Part shown: positions 9,512 through 19,948 of the stretch, in pieces | How positions within the stretch are numbered: the stretch's first letter is position 1 | How the letters are laid out: every line of letters starts with the position of its first letter | DNA from: Microgenomates group bacterium Gr01-1014_5 | GTDB taxonomy: Bacteria; Patescibacteriota; Microgenomatia; UBA8517; UBA10165 | Length of the DNA stretch: 64,000 nt | Reading direction: 5' to 3' | Assembly: GCA_007376395.1 (NCBI GenBank) | Contig: VMGE01000003.1 | Coordinates: forward strand, 26,057 to 90,056 | Program-made: the position numbers and the translations under genes | Notes under the pieces: generated by a model | Database searches by the model: none | Seen by the model: the letters and a program-made list of their open reading frames with translations, nothing else | What the model was told of the DNA's origin: nothing

Positions 9512-10129
9512 CTACTCCTTTGTCTTTTCAGGACCTTGGTTGCGGAAAGCATCAATAAATTTTATAATCCGTTCTTCGTCAAAATCATCCAGCTTATCTA
9601 TTCTCGTCCAGGCAGTCAAAGCAATGCGCGCGTCTAAAGCAGGTCGCGGGACAACAATTAACCTGTCTTCTCCTTTTTTCTTGTAAACCCCGGCAAGTTT
9701 GGCGACTAATTCTTTACATTCCGGTAAATCCCAATCTCCTCCGGAAATTGTTGCGCTTGGCGTACTTTCAGCCGAACCTGTTGCCTCATCCTCTCCTGTG
9801 TGCGCAAGGGCTTGCGGAATAAGATTAAAGCTTTGCGGGTGCACTTCGCAGTTGTAGCTTATGATGATATAGCCGTGTTCTAGCGAGTGAATTAAATATC
9901 CATCCTCCTTAACAGCACTATAAACCCCTTTTTTAACCCAATCCGCATAATGGTTACCTGAAGTTGGCGGGTTGGAATTATAATTAACTTTTGTTCCCAG
10001 AGGGACGTGTTCACGCCCCAAATCAGCCATAACTTCTCCCGTTAACGGTTTTGAGGCTCCGTACCACATCCAACCAATACCGGCAATTACTAAAATTGCT
10101 AAAACTATCCAAACAAAACTGCCTTTCAC
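9512..10129 (-). CDS. DUF3105-family exported protein
   Basis: YNSNPPTSGNH, HSLEHG, IALTAW, GPE motifs. Confidence 0.85.
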   Translation of the reverse strand: MKGSFVWIVLAILVIAGIGWMWYGASKPLTGEVMADLGREHVPLGTKVNYNSNPPTSGNHYADWVKKGVYSAVKEDGYLIHSLEHGYIIISYNCEVHPQSFNLIPQALAHTGEDEATGSAESTPSATISGGDWDLPECKELVAKLAGVYKKKGEDRLIVVPRPALDARIALTAWTRIDKLDDFDEERIIKFIDAFRNQGPEKTKE

Positions 10130-10214
10130 GGCATCAGTTTACCTTTCTTTTTGCTTTTAAGCAACGCGTGTGGATTCTACTTGACTCCTGTGCGACAACA
10201 GTATAATTTAGGTT

Positions 10215-10538
10215 GTGTCTGCAGAAAATTTTAGAAAAATTATCTCTTCTACTTTCGCGCGAGCCGCATTTGCAACCAGTTCTTTAGGTGAAGTAAACAT
10301 CACAAGAACATTAGCTCGTTTCGCCAGCGCAACAGAAGCTAGGAAAAAAGCACTTCTTGTAATTGCCCATCGCGCCGCCGCCGCGAGATTAAGAGAGAAC
10401 GTGATAAGAGATACCGAAAGATTCAACGAACACAGAGTAATGGAGGCAAATCTTAGTGGAATACCTTTTCGACAACAAAGAAAAATTACGGAAGATCAGC
10501 AAAACATTTCTCCAGATCAACCTCAAGATCGCTCTTAA
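10215..10538 (+). CDS. Hypothetical protein
   Basis: ORF preceded by a TTGACT-N17-TATAAT-like promoter at about 10181-10207; no recognisable motif. Confidence 0.5.
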   Translation: MSAENFRKIISSTFARAAFATSSLGEVNITRTLARFASATEARKKALLVIAHRAAAARLRENVIRDTERFNEHRVMEANLSGIPFRQQRKITEDQQNISPDQPQDRS

Positions 10539-10836
10539 AAACTACCCCCTCGGCTTCAAGCCTTCTTTTCTGCTCCACTGGTCCGCCGAAAGCAAATCCA
10601 GAGGCAACTCTTCCTTCTTTGTTTACCACCCTGTGGCATGGCACTTTATCTGACTTGTTTTGGTGCAGTGCCCAACCCACCATCCTTGCATCAATTTTGA
10701 CTTTTGAGTTTTGAATTTTGATTTCTCGTGCCAGCGCGCCATATGTCATCACTTTCCCTTTCGGAATTTTACACACAAAGTTGTGCACTTTTGTTATGTA
10801 ATTTTCACTTTTGACTTGTACTTTTGCCTTTTGCAT
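10486..10836 (-). CDS. MGMT/ATL-family alkylated-DNA binding/repair protein
   Basis: IPKGKVMTYG, ARMVGWAL, VPCHRVV, LEAEGV. Confidence 0.88.
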   Translation of the reverse strand: MQKAKVQVKSENYITKVHNFVCKIPKGKVMTYGALAREIKIQNSKVKIDARMVGWALHQNKSDKVPCHRVVNKEGRVASGFAFGGPVEQKRRLEAEGVVFKSDLEVDLEKCFADLP

Positions 10837-11116
10837 TTTGACTTTTGAGTTTAAGCTCCTCGCGGAGCTGTTTGACTTTCCACATAAAGAGCCTTGCCGG
10901 AGTTGCGGTGTTGGCGTCTTTGACAAACGAGCGGGCGCGTTCAAGAATATGGCGCGGAACGGTTTTGGCAAAGCGCATATAAATTGCCATGTGCTCCGTG
11001 TCGCGAAGTTCAAGAGCTAAGTCATATGCATATTTTTGAAACTCCCGAGAAATATACCGATCCTCAGTAGGGTCAAACTGCTTCAAAACACCTCTTACTG
11101 AATCAAAATCAGCCAT
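10805..11116 (-). CDS. Conserved hypothetical protein
   Basis: Operonic ORF; YISREFQ...ARLFMWK. Confidence 0.7.
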   Translation of the reverse strand: MADFDSVRGVLKQFDPTEDRYISREFQKYAYDLALELRDTEHMAIYMRFAKTVPRHILERARSFVKDANTATPARLFMWKVKQLREELKLKSQNAKGKSTSQK

Positions 11117-11522
11117 GGTTAGCCAAATACCTGTCTATCAACTCTATATCCTTCAAATCCTTTTCTCTCCCAAGTTTTTGCTTAAACTTTTTCAAGTAAG
11201 GTAAGTTGATAAAACATACTCCCTCAACTGCTTCTGCTGTTTGAATTAAAGTTTGAAGATCGGCAATATTTTCATCGCTAAAGACCGATCCCTTCCCTAA
11301 AATCTGGATATCTCCAAGATTAATATTTTCTATTCCTTCAGGAGTTATTTCAACTTTATAATTAGACGCCAACCTGTCCCATAATTGCTTTGTAACCAAA
11401 ACATCAAAATCATTTGCCTCTCTCATGCCCCGCGCGGCCAGAGCTCCAGATCCCACGACAACATGTTGGTCTTCTGGTAAGTTTAATTCCTTTAACTGTT
11501 TAACTAGTTTCTGAAATTCCAT
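11109..11522 (-). CDS. Minimal nucleotidyltransferase-like protein
   Basis: GSGAL...DFD motif, C-terminal REKDLKDI. Confidence 0.6.
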   Translation of the reverse strand: MEFQKLVKQLKELNLPEDQHVVVGSGALAARGMREANDFDVLVTKQLWDRLASNYKVEITPEGIENINLGDIQILGKGSVFSDENIADLQTLIQTAEAVEGVCFINLPYLKKFKQKLGREKDLKDIELIDRYLANHG

Positions 11523-11548
11523 ATAAATAATTATACATTAAGAGCTTC

Positions 11549-11580
11549 AACACACTTTTCGCTATAGCGAAAAGTGTGTT
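11549..11580. terminator. Perfect 32-bp palindrome after pth (possible terminator)
   Basis: AACACACTTTTCGCTA|TAGCGAAAAGTGTGTT. Confidence 0.5.
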
Positions 11581-12061
11581 AGCCTGAAGATACAGAAAAA
11601 AATACTTCCTGAGAAGCTTTTTTGATAACTTCCTCAAGAATCTTATGCTCTTCAGGGGTAAAATCCTGTAAAACATATGCTTCGCCCGGAACTCTGTTTT
11701 GCGGATCACGGTTATCAACCCCAATGCGCACTCGCCAAAAGTTTATATCACTCAAAATCCCTTCAACAGAAATCAGGCCGTTGTGCACTTTCGGTCCTAC
11801 CCCTAACTGAATTTTGTACTGTCCCAAAGGGATATCTAAATCGTCATGAGCGATGTATAAATCATTTAATGAAACTTTGTAAAAATTCTTTAATCTCGAA
11901 ACCGCAATTCCAGAGTCGTTCATGAAGGTGTCGGTTTTTTTTGCCACAATCCCTTCTGGTAAACCTATCCGCTCTAAATACTCCACGACCACATACCCAG
12001 CATTGTGCCGGTTATTTCTATATTTTTCCCCTGGATTTCCGAGTCCCACTATGAGTTTCAT
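11579..12061 (-). CDS. pth: Peptidyl-tRNA hydrolase
   Basis: LIVGLGNPG, RHNAG, FMNDSG, HDDLD, HNG, RVRIGV. Confidence 0.95.
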   Translation of the reverse strand: MKLIVGLGNPGEKYRNNRHNAGYVVVEYLERIGLPEGIVAKKTDTFMNDSGIAVSRLKNFYKVSLNDLYIAHDDLDIPLGQYKIQLGVGPKVHNGLISVEGILSDINFWRVRIGVDNRDPQNRVPGEAYVLQDFTPEEHKILEEVIKKASQEVFFSVSSG

Positions 12062-12693
12062 ATAATTTTTACTTCCTCTAACTTTTTTCTAACACGTTCA
12101 AAAATATACTCGTGACCTTGAGAATTTGGGTGCAAACCGTCTTCTAAACAGTCTTTACAATCAGTTCTGAATTTATCAAATGTATCTGCAAATGGTAAAC
12201 CGTTCTCTTCACAAAACTCTATCAAAATCCGATTGTATTCTTCGATTTCGCTGTTTAAATAAGCCTTTTGACGCAACAGACCCCAAGGGTTAGTTTTTGT
12301 TTCATCAACTGGAGTTAATCCAGCAAACAATAATTTCACAGAGTGTTTTTGAGCACAATCCGCAAGTTCTTTTATATTTCGGCGAAATGCTTCTTTGCTA
12401 ATACTATTTGTTTTATCTTTTGTCAAAAGAGCAGAATCATTTATTCCTACGGCGAACACAAAAACTGTCTCTTCGTTCTCATCACGTCTTGCTAAATATT
12501 CTCCTTCAAAACGCTCAAGTAAATCTTGGGTTGTATCCCCAGGAACACCCAAATTGTGAACTTCGTAGTAATTTTCTTGATTTGAAGTAATAGATCGGCT
12601 TGATAGGTCGTTTTTCAGCCTTTCTGCCCAACCGCCCTCTTTATCCCACTGGCCAAAAGTAATACTATCACCGAAGATAAAAATCTGCGACAT
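12058..12693 (-). CDS. SGNH/GDSL hydrolase
   Basis: FGDSIT, GIND, DGLHP blocks. Confidence 0.9.
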   Translation of the reverse strand: MSQIFIFGDSITFGQWDKEGGWAERLKNDLSSRSITSNQENYYEVHNLGVPGDTTQDLLERFEGEYLARRDENEETVFVFAVGINDSALLTKDKTNSISKEAFRRNIKELADCAQKHSVKLLFAGLTPVDETKTNPWGLLRQKAYLNSEIEEYNRILIEFCEENGLPFADTFDKFRTDCKDCLEDGLHPNSQGHEYIFERVRKKLEEVKII

Positions 12694-12697
12694 GTGC

Positions 12698-14065
12698 TTA
12701 GAATATACTTTCTTGCCTAGGTTTTTCAACCTCCCTCCATATTTTGACTGTACCAAAGGTTCCGTCATATCCGGGTTTTACAAAAATATCTCCAGTCCTT
12801 ACTTTTCCTATCGCTTCCCTTAATCTTGTTCCGCCAGCCTTTTCGATGTCTTCTAAAGAAACATTAAGTAAAATTTGAAACTCTGGGGCAAGAGTCGAAG
12901 TAAGCCTTTCATATTCTGTTTGCACTTTTTTACTCCCTACCCCAACTTGCAAAACTTCAGACAAAATTTCTTGCAAAGGAACTAAGTTTACAAACGGCGG
13001 CCGGGAGCCTTTTTTGGAGTAAACCCATCGAACACTATTTTTATCCAATTTATGCTCCACGGCCTCTTCCCGCGACGAAAGGTCTTCCGTCCTCTGAAGC
13101 GCTCCGACTGTCAATTTCTTCCCGCAAACCGGACAAATCAAACCAACCTTTTTCGTCTCTGATGGCGAAAAACTCACCCCGCATTTTCTATGTCCTGTGT
13201 AGTGATACTTCCCCTCCTCCCGGTAAAATTCGAATGTGCAAGAGATTTGAGGCTGGAGACTAGAGGCTGGATTATTTTTCTTTCTAGTCTCTAACCTCTG
13301 ACCTCCAGCCTCAGGTTTGTTAACTATCGCCTCCCTAACATTCCCATACGTCAATTCCGGTACCTCAAACACCGTCGCTTCGCGGCCGATTTTTGGCAAA
13401 GAATGCGCGTCTGAAAAAGAAACAATGTTTCTATTATCAAGTTCTTTTATCCTCCAATTCATAGCTGGATCCGACCCAAGTCCCGTTTCAACCGCATAAA
13501 TGTATTTTGCATAATCTTTGAATGCATCGTCCAGAGAATCAAACCCGCCGTGTGCTCCGTAAAACCCAAACCAAGGAGTCCAGGCGTGAGCTGGAATTAA
13601 GAGACAGTTTGCGTCTATGTCTAAAACATGCGCAGTAAGATCGCGACAGGATAAATTTAGTATCGGTCGGCCATCAGATAGTAAATTTTGTCCCAACTCT
13701 TTTAATTTCTTGTTTATTTTACCAACAGTTTCTAAATTAGGAGCAAAAATTAAAATGTGAACTGCATGATACCGACCCTCCTGGTGGTAAGCACATGACA
13801 CCTCTGTTGATAACAAAAAATGTGGTTCGCTTACTTGGTCTAGCCTCTGACCTCCAGTCTCTAGCCTCAACTTAAAAATACCTTCATTCACTTCTATTAA
13901 ATTATTTTTAAGCTCTGCCAACCAAATCGGGTGTGTCCAATCCGCAGGAGTAATTAAATCTATCCCCTTTTTTTGCGCCCACTCTGCCATTTTTTCCAGC
14001 GTGATATTTTTCGACACCGCGCGCGCGTAGGGAGAATGAAGATGTAAATCAGCAATAACCTGCAT
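12698..14065 (-). CDS. Endonuclease Q-family PHP-domain protein
   Basis: DLHLHS, AHAWTPW, SDAHS, GKYH...C..C...CPVC, PGYDG motifs. Confidence 0.85.
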   Translation of the reverse strand: MQVIADLHLHSPYARAVSKNITLEKMAEWAQKKGIDLITPADWTHPIWLAELKNNLIEVNEGIFKLRLETGGQRLDQVSEPHFLLSTEVSCAYHQEGRYHAVHILIFAPNLETVGKINKKLKELGQNLLSDGRPILNLSCRDLTAHVLDIDANCLLIPAHAWTPWFGFYGAHGGFDSLDDAFKDYAKYIYAVETGLGSDPAMNWRIKELDNRNIVSFSDAHSLPKIGREATVFEVPELTYGNVREAIVNKPEAGGQRLETRKKNNPASSLQPQISCTFEFYREEGKYHYTGHRKCGVSFSPSETKKVGLICPVCGKKLTVGALQRTEDLSSREEAVEHKLDKNSVRWVYSKKGSRPPFVNLVPLQEILSEVLQVGVGSKKVQTEYERLTSTLAPEFQILLNVSLEDIEKAGGTRLREAIGKVRTGDIFVKPGYDGTFGTVKIWREVEKPRQESIF

Positions 14066-14121
14066 TTTATGTTGGGTATAAATAATTTACCTGCAATACG
14101 ACATATCGAATCTTTTATTCG

Positions 14122-15129
14122 CTATCTAAACAACCATACTGAAGGATTAAAGCCTGAAAGCTGAAGGTATACGAACAAAAGATAAATCCCCAGCAGTAAT
14201 CCCGACTCCAACCTCGCAATTCCCCTCTTTGTATGCGCAAAAAACCAGAAGAAAAGAATTGAAACCAAAAACATAATTGTCGTCAGCAGGTATTCCCTCC
14301 TGTACGGAATGGAAACAGGGGAAATAACCGCTACCAAACCAAGGATAAATGTCGCGTTGGCAATAATTGATCCCAGAGAATTGCCGATAAGCAAGGCCGG
14401 CTGTCCCCGCCGGATTGTCTCGTAGGAAAAAGCTAGCTCAGGCAGGGTCGTCCCCAAGGAAATAATCAGTAAACCAACGACAAAAAGCGGTATCCCCATA
14501 CTTGATGCCAAACCAGAGGAGAGCCGGACTATAAAATCTGCTGAAACTAAAAGCACGGCAGTGGAAAAGAAAAACCTGAATAATTCATGTCTAATATGTC
14601 CTGTGTCTTCCTCTATTTCGACAAAAAGTTTGTGTAGCTCGCTTTCTTTTTGATGGTGGCGGCCTACAGCTAAAAACCCGCGATGAAAAAGACCTGAGGC
14701 GTATAACCCGTATAACATTAATAAAATTAAGCCGTCGGTGCGCGATAATTCCCGATCCCAAAGCAGAATTATCGGCGCAAGGCCGGCAAACAGCGCTAAA
14801 GGAAGCTCTTGATTTAAAAATTTTTCGTCTTTAATGTTTATAGCCCCTCCAAAAAGCCCTGCCAAGCCGACGATTAGAGTAATATTGGCAATGTTAGCTC
14901 CAACTATATTTCCCAACGAAAGACTGGAAGCTCCACTCATTGCCGAGGTAACACCCACAAAAAGTTCAGGGAGAGATGTTGCCAAAGCCAGAATTAGTGC
15001 CGAGACAGCATACCCTGATAAGTTAGTGATTCTTGTCAAACGGCGTATTGCAACCACAACGCCATCTGCGGCTTTAATTAAGACTAAAGAAAGGAGAAAA
15101 ATAATTACTATCGTGACGAGAGGATTCAT
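14122..15129 (-). CDS. Na+/Ca2+ antiporter (CaCA family)
   Basis: ATSLPEL / GTTLPEL alpha repeats, GNIVGANIAN. Confidence 0.9.
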   Translation of the reverse strand: MNPLVTIVIIFLLSLVLIKAADGVVVAIRRLTRITNLSGYAVSALILALATSLPELFVGVTSAMSGASSLSLGNIVGANIANITLIVGLAGLFGGAINIKDEKFLNQELPLALFAGLAPIILLWDRELSRTDGLILLMLYGLYASGLFHRGFLAVGRHHQKESELHKLFVEIEEDTGHIRHELFRFFFSTAVLLVSADFIVRLSSGLASSMGIPLFVVGLLIISLGTTLPELAFSYETIRRGQPALLIGNSLGSIIANATFILGLVAVISPVSIPYRREYLLTTIMFLVSILFFWFFAHTKRGIARLESGLLLGIYLLFVYLQLSGFNPSVWLFR

Positions 15130-15243
15130 AATTAATTTTTAATTTGAAATTTGAAATTTGAAATGAAATTTAAATGATCAAATGTTTTAAACATTAAAAA
15201 ATTGAGATTTGATTAAAAATTAGAAATTGAAAATTTAAAATTA
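15130..15243. repeat. Degenerate heptamer repeat tract
   Basis: (AATTTGA)n then AAATTAG AAATTGA AAATTTA. Confidence 0.7.
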
Positions 15244-17001
15244 CTTACCGGTTTGCATTTTATAGAGTTCTTTTATTTCATGAACCGAAGTTGCCTGTTC
15301 AGGATTCTTATCATCCCTAACCCTAATAAGCCTAGGGAAGCGCAGTGAATAACCTACGGTGTGCCGCGGTGAAGGCGTTATTTCGTCTGCAAGTACCTCT
15401 AAAACAACTTTTGGGCGAACCCAAATATCAGGCTTGGTAATTTTGTCGACAGTATATTCAAACGGCTGTTTGTCAACTTTCAATTTCTCAACTATTTTGA
15501 ACATCTCCCGAAACTGTTCGTCAGTCAAACCTGTCCCTAAATTTGTCAGAGAATAATACTTTCCATCACCCCCCGGAACTCCAATTAAAACCCCGCCAAT
15601 TCCAAAAGTCGATCTTTTCCCGCGCCCTGCATAGGCTCCCATCAAAACCGTATCAATTGTATCTGTAACCTTTGACTCCTCGCCTTTAGTGTTTTCCGTA
15701 TGGCGCTTAAACTTTACCCAATGAAACCCTCTCCCTCCGGGCTGGTATGCAACGTCTAATTTTTTAACCATTGCGCCTTCTAAACCTTGTTTAAGATACT
15801 CATCAACTTTTGAGCGCAAATCCTCTGCATTACTAATTATTTCCTGATCGGTTAAAACAATCGTTCTCGTATCTGATTTACCAAGTATTTTTTCTAACTG
15901 TTTTCTCCTTTCAAAAAAGGGTCGGTCTAAAAGCGTTTCTCCGTCTAAATATAGAATGTCAAAAACAAATGACTTTAAAGGGATATCTATTACTGCCTGT
16001 TCTATCCCGTGTTTTCTTTTCCGCTGAACAGTATCTTGGAAGGGTAAAAGTTTTTGAGTTGCAGGATTATAAGCAATCGATTCTGAGTCAAAGATAGCTG
16101 ATTCAACCGGAAGTTTCTTTACCGCCGAGACAATCTCCGGGAACATATGGGTTACATTCTCAAGGTTCCTCGAGAAGATTCTGACTTCTTTACCCCGCGA
16201 AGCATTAGCGGAGTGGGGCCACAAGTGTATTTGTGTCCTAAAACCATCAAATTTAGGTTCAACGGCGAATTTACTCCCCATTTTTTCGGCTATCTTTTCT
16301 GCTGATGCCAGTCTTTCTGCTAAGGCACACCTTATAGGAATTCCCGGCTCTGCTCTAATCCTTCTAATCCCTTCTAATCCCCCCACTTTTACCTTCTGGG
16401 CTATTTTCCCTATATCTGCTGTTACGCTAAACGCTGCTTCTATTTGTTTTCTTGCGCTTTTGTCACCCTTTTCCAACACAGACAAAGCGTCCAATATCGT
16501 CATGTCGGAAAATCCGAGCCTTAATTTTCCTGTTGGAATTCTGGTTACGTATTTTGCAGAAAGTGGATCAATTCGGCTCAAAAGATTTGCCATTTTAGTC
16601 AGCTTCCTTTCCTGGCTATCCTTTCCGCTCTCCAAAGCTATCTCTTTTAAGAGCTCAAATACCTGTCCGACTGAAAGTTTTGACTTTTGAATTTTAACTT
16701 TTGAGTTTGCGAGAGCGCTTGCCACGTCTCCCAAATCTCCCGCTTTTTTATATTGTTCCGTCACTTTCTCTATGTCTACCTTGTAGGCAAGCGCAATTGC
16801 GCGCGCAACCATCTTCTCTGCTAATTGAAACTCTAACCCTTCGTAATTTGGAGCAACTCTGCCTAAAACGAGGTAGCAAATTTTATCGATTTCCCTTGCA
16901 TCGGCTTTTTTAAACAACTCAGCCAGTATTTGGGTTATTTCGTTTCTTGAAGCGGTTTTTTCTAACCGACTGAGAAATTCGGAAAATTCTTGGAAAGACA
17001 T
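15241..17001 (-). CDS. lig: ATP-dependent DNA ligase (archaeal/eukaryotic type)
   Basis: EPKFDGFR (KxDG), EGAMVK, WVKFK, SLRFPR. Confidence 0.93.
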   Translation of the reverse strand: MSFQEFSEFLSRLEKTASRNEITQILAELFKKADAREIDKICYLVLGRVAPNYEGLEFQLAEKMVARAIALAYKVDIEKVTEQYKKAGDLGDVASALANSKVKIQKSKLSVGQVFELLKEIALESGKDSQERKLTKMANLLSRIDPLSAKYVTRIPTGKLRLGFSDMTILDALSVLEKGDKSARKQIEAAFSVTADIGKIAQKVKVGGLEGIRRIRAEPGIPIRCALAERLASAEKIAEKMGSKFAVEPKFDGFRTQIHLWPHSANASRGKEVRIFSRNLENVTHMFPEIVSAVKKLPVESAIFDSESIAYNPATQKLLPFQDTVQRKRKHGIEQAVIDIPLKSFVFDILYLDGETLLDRPFFERRKQLEKILGKSDTRTIVLTDQEIISNAEDLRSKVDEYLKQGLEGAMVKKLDVAYQPGGRGFHWVKFKRHTENTKGEESKVTDTIDTVLMGAYAGRGKRSTFGIGGVLIGVPGGDGKYYSLTNLGTGLTDEQFREMFKIVEKLKVDKQPFEYTVDKITKPDIWVRPKVVLEVLADEITPSPRHTVGYSLRFPRLIRVRDDKNPEQATSVHEIKELYKMQTGK

Positions 17002-17039
17002 ATCTCGTGCTAAATATATCACAAATGAAGCTGTTTTAC

Positions 17040-17561
17040 TTACTCTTTTTCTACTCCAGAACGCGGGTTATCTTGATAGCATTTTAAGCTTTCAAAAAAA
17101 TCTCTCCCTTCCCCTTCGTCTTCTTCTTCAAGGTTTCTTAAAAAAAGTTCCATTGTCCGCTCTGCTTCAGCGTTAGTGTAAGGCATAAACTCCTGTGTTT
17201 CGGTGTTAAAACTCCCAACGATCTTGGGAAGCGACTCCGCTTCTCCGTTTTTGTTTAACGGAGAAAGCTTAAAAACAAGCACCATGGAGTTGAAATCTAA
17301 ATCAGTTAAACCAGCCATTAGCGCGCTCGCAAGAACGCTATGTTTTTCTCTTTCTAGGGTAATTTCGCCCAACTCCTTTGTCCTTGTTAATAAACCGTAA
17401 GGCTTAAGCCAATCTCTCGGTTGAGTATTCTCTGGAAGATCTAATTCGCTACCTAACAAACAATGTTCTTGTGGAGTCAAACAACCTCTATTAATACCCT
17501 CTGATCCAAACCCAATTGAGTATCTCTCTCCTGCAAATTCAAACTGTATAGGTTTTCGCAT
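17040..17561 (-). CDS. Hypothetical protein
   Basis: 173-aa ORF, no motif recognised. Confidence 0.6.
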   Translation of the reverse strand: MRKPIQFEFAGERYSIGFGSEGINRGCLTPQEHCLLGSELDLPENTQPRDWLKPYGLLTRTKELGEITLEREKHSVLASALMAGLTDLDFNSMVLVFKLSPLNKNGEAESLPKIVGSFNTETQEFMPYTNAEAERTMELFLRNLEEEDEGEGRDFFESLKCYQDNPRSGVEKE

Positions 17562-17697
17562 TCAATTAATGTATCACAATATTAAGTTTTAAGCGTTGAG
17601 GATACTGGGCAAGTTGGCTAAAGAGTATATGTCCAAACTATATCACAATTCTGAACCTAACTTGAAATTTTTCGTATTTAAGAGTATCGTGTGTCGC

Positions 17698-18465
17698 ATG
17701 ATAGAGTTTCCCCTCTTCGGTGAGCCATGGGATAGTAAAATTGCTAGCGAGCTGAAAGGTTTCAACACACAAGCGGCAAGCGCAGTTTCTTTTTACCACG
17801 ATTTGGCCACAACCTCCCCGACTGCAGCACTTCAAAGATTTTCTTCAGCTCTTGAAGTGGTAAGAAATGCAAACCCCAAGCGAGCACTGGTAGAAGCGAT
17901 AGCTACCGGTCCAAACCCCGACTGGACAGGACCCATACTTAAAATCATGGGGCATATTTATCCTAATTTAGATAAAGACACACGGAAAATTGCTCTTGTT
18001 AAGAGCCTTGATTTTTTAGATGGTCTAAGATGTGATGTTGCCCAAGAAAACGTTGCTCACGTCACTGAGCCATGGCTGGTTGCTGATATCATCATTAACA
18101 GATGGATTTACAACCCGGGATACGAACAGGCTGATGAGTTATTAAAAAAATACAGAACATGGGCCGACCTTTACCCGCATTTAGAATCTACTTCCCCTTT
18201 TTGGATTTGCTTTGCGATGATCTTAGAAAACCGAGCTTCTAATGAAATTAGAGCCCGTTTTTTTCAGTTATTCCCCAAACTAGCAGACAGAACGCTTGAT
18301 GCCGCAGCCGGTTTTACCGAAACTTATGCCAAAATGGATCACAAAAAACAAGGGGTTCCGCAAGAGGCAGCCAGAGAGAACTGTCTCCAAGATTACTGTT
18401 GGGAAATCCACGATCAAATTAGAAAAAAGATTAGTGAAGAAAAGTGGATAGCCCTCGAAACCTAG
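17698..18465 (+). CDS. Hypothetical protein
   Basis: Long ORF; start uncertain (17596-17698). Confidence 0.65.
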   Translation: MIEFPLFGEPWDSKIASELKGFNTQAASAVSFYHDLATTSPTAALQRFSSALEVVRNANPKRALVEAIATGPNPDWTGPILKIMGHIYPNLDKDTRKIALVKSLDFLDGLRCDVAQENVAHVTEPWLVADIIINRWIYNPGYEQADELLKKYRTWADLYPHLESTSPFWICFAMILENRASNEIRARFFQLFPKLADRTLDAAAGFTETYAKMDHKKQGVPQEAARENCLQDYCWEIHDQIRKKISEEKWIALET

Positions 18466-18659
18466 CTTTTAATCATGCTAGAAAAGAAAAAATAAGCAAA
18501 AACAACGACTCCTATAAACATCAAGCCAAAAACAATGCTCAGCCAGCCTCCTTTGTCTTCGTGCAGAATTTTAGTCAAACCCTCGCCGATTAAAGTCAAG
18601 CCAAAAAGACTGGGTAAAATCAAAATCATGTAAAGAAACTGCGGGTCGTTAGGTGTCAT
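18462..18659 (-). CDS. Small two-TM membrane protein
   Basis: 65 aa with two hydrophobic helices. Confidence 0.7.
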   Translation of the reverse strand: MTPNDPQFLYMILILPSLFGLTLIGEGLTKILHEDKGGWLSIVFGLMFIGVVVFAYFFFSSMIKS

Positions 18660-18734
18660 ATATTTATAAAGAGCAATTTCTTTGAAACATAAATGTTATA
18701 AAGAAACTGCGGATCAGATGCTGACATATACTTA

Positions 18735-18835
18735 AATTTCTAATTACTAATTAACCTAATTTCTAAAAAAATCCCAAGTACCAATTTCCTAAATATTTAG
18801 GTCAATTAGAACAATTAGGGCAATTTTTACGAATT
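18735..18835. repeat. Degenerate heptamer repeat tract with inverted half
   Basis: ctaattactaattaacctaatttctaa ... aattag units. Confidence 0.6.
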
Positions 18836-19946
18836 AGGTAACTAATTCGTAATATGCCCCTTTAGTCTTTCCTTTTTTCCTAAGAATTTTCTTTTTAACC
18901 AAATCCTGCAGTTCGCGCAAAACCGTATCTTCAGAAATCATCGAAAAAACAGAACGCAAGTCAGACATTGACGCTCTTTGGTTGTCTGACAAATACTCGG
19001 CTATTCTAATTTGGCGGTCTGACAAGAGCACTTGCTGTCCGCGTTTTGTTTTAATCCGCGCGTCCACCGACAACTTTCTTACTTTGTCTCTTACTCTTAC
19101 CAATTCTATAGATAATCCATGGGTAAAATACTCTATCCAGCCGGTAAGATCCCGTTCGTTTAATTCCCGAGACTGGTTAGAAGTTTGAATTAAAGCCGTG
19201 TAATAACTTTCTGCGTCCCGGTCAAAATACTCTTCTAAGGCAAAAAGGCGTTTAATGTCATAGCCCTCGATAAACATGACTAAGGTAGCGTATGCGCGGG
19301 CTGTACGGCCGTTGCCCTCAACAAAAGGGTGGATGGCGGCCAAGGCATAATGGGCAACCGCGGCACGGATTACGGGGTGAATATCGCGAGCTTGATTGTT
19401 GTTCAGCCAAGAGAGAAAATCTTCCATCAAGTAAGGCACTTCGAGGGCTGGAGGAGGGCGGAAAGTTATTTCGTTTGTTCGCGAATCGCGCAGGACAACC
19501 TGAGTCTTTCTGTATTCACCGGCTAATTCTTCGGCGACAATTCTGTGGACTGCCTGTTTGTGCAGTTCTTTTACTTGTGCTTCTGTATATTTCAAATCTT
19601 GTCCCCTGTGATCCTGAAAAAGCTTATCGACAAGGAGCATTACTGCCCGGTAATTAATAATTTCCTGGATATCGCGCTCGCGAGCCACAACATTTACCTT
19701 TTCCGCCACCACTTCGGCCTGTGTTTCGCTCCCAGCCCCTGCCATAACTTTTCCTGCCTGATCTAGCGATAAATCATTGCCTTCGATGTGAGTTCCGTGG
19801 TGAACAGTCCGGATTAAAGCATCTTCTCTAAACTGCCGCTCGTAGCCCGGGATAATCGGCGCGTTTTCCACCACTTCGCGGCAGGCTTCTATCGTCCCGA
19901 TATTTTTCAGGATGTTATTTGTGATAGTATATTTAGGAGAATACAT
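18834..19946 (-). CDS. Fic-family protein with C-terminal wHTH
   Basis: HPFVEGNGRTAR Fic motif; THIEGN. Confidence 0.92.
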   Translation of the reverse strand: MYSPKYTITNNILKNIGTIEACREVVENAPIIPGYERQFREDALIRTVHHGTHIEGNDLSLDQAGKVMAGAGSETQAEVVAEKVNVVARERDIQEIINYRAVMLLVDKLFQDHRGQDLKYTEAQVKELHKQAVHRIVAEELAGEYRKTQVVLRDSRTNEITFRPPPALEVPYLMEDFLSWLNNNQARDIHPVIRAAVAHYALAAIHPFVEGNGRTARAYATLVMFIEGYDIKRLFALEEYFDRDAESYYTALIQTSNQSRELNERDLTGWIEYFTHGLSIELVRVRDKVRKLSVDARIKTKRGQQVLLSDRQIRIAEYLSDNQRASMSDLRSVFSMISEDTVLRELQDLVKKKILRKKGKTKGAYYELVT

Positions 19947-19948
19947 AG

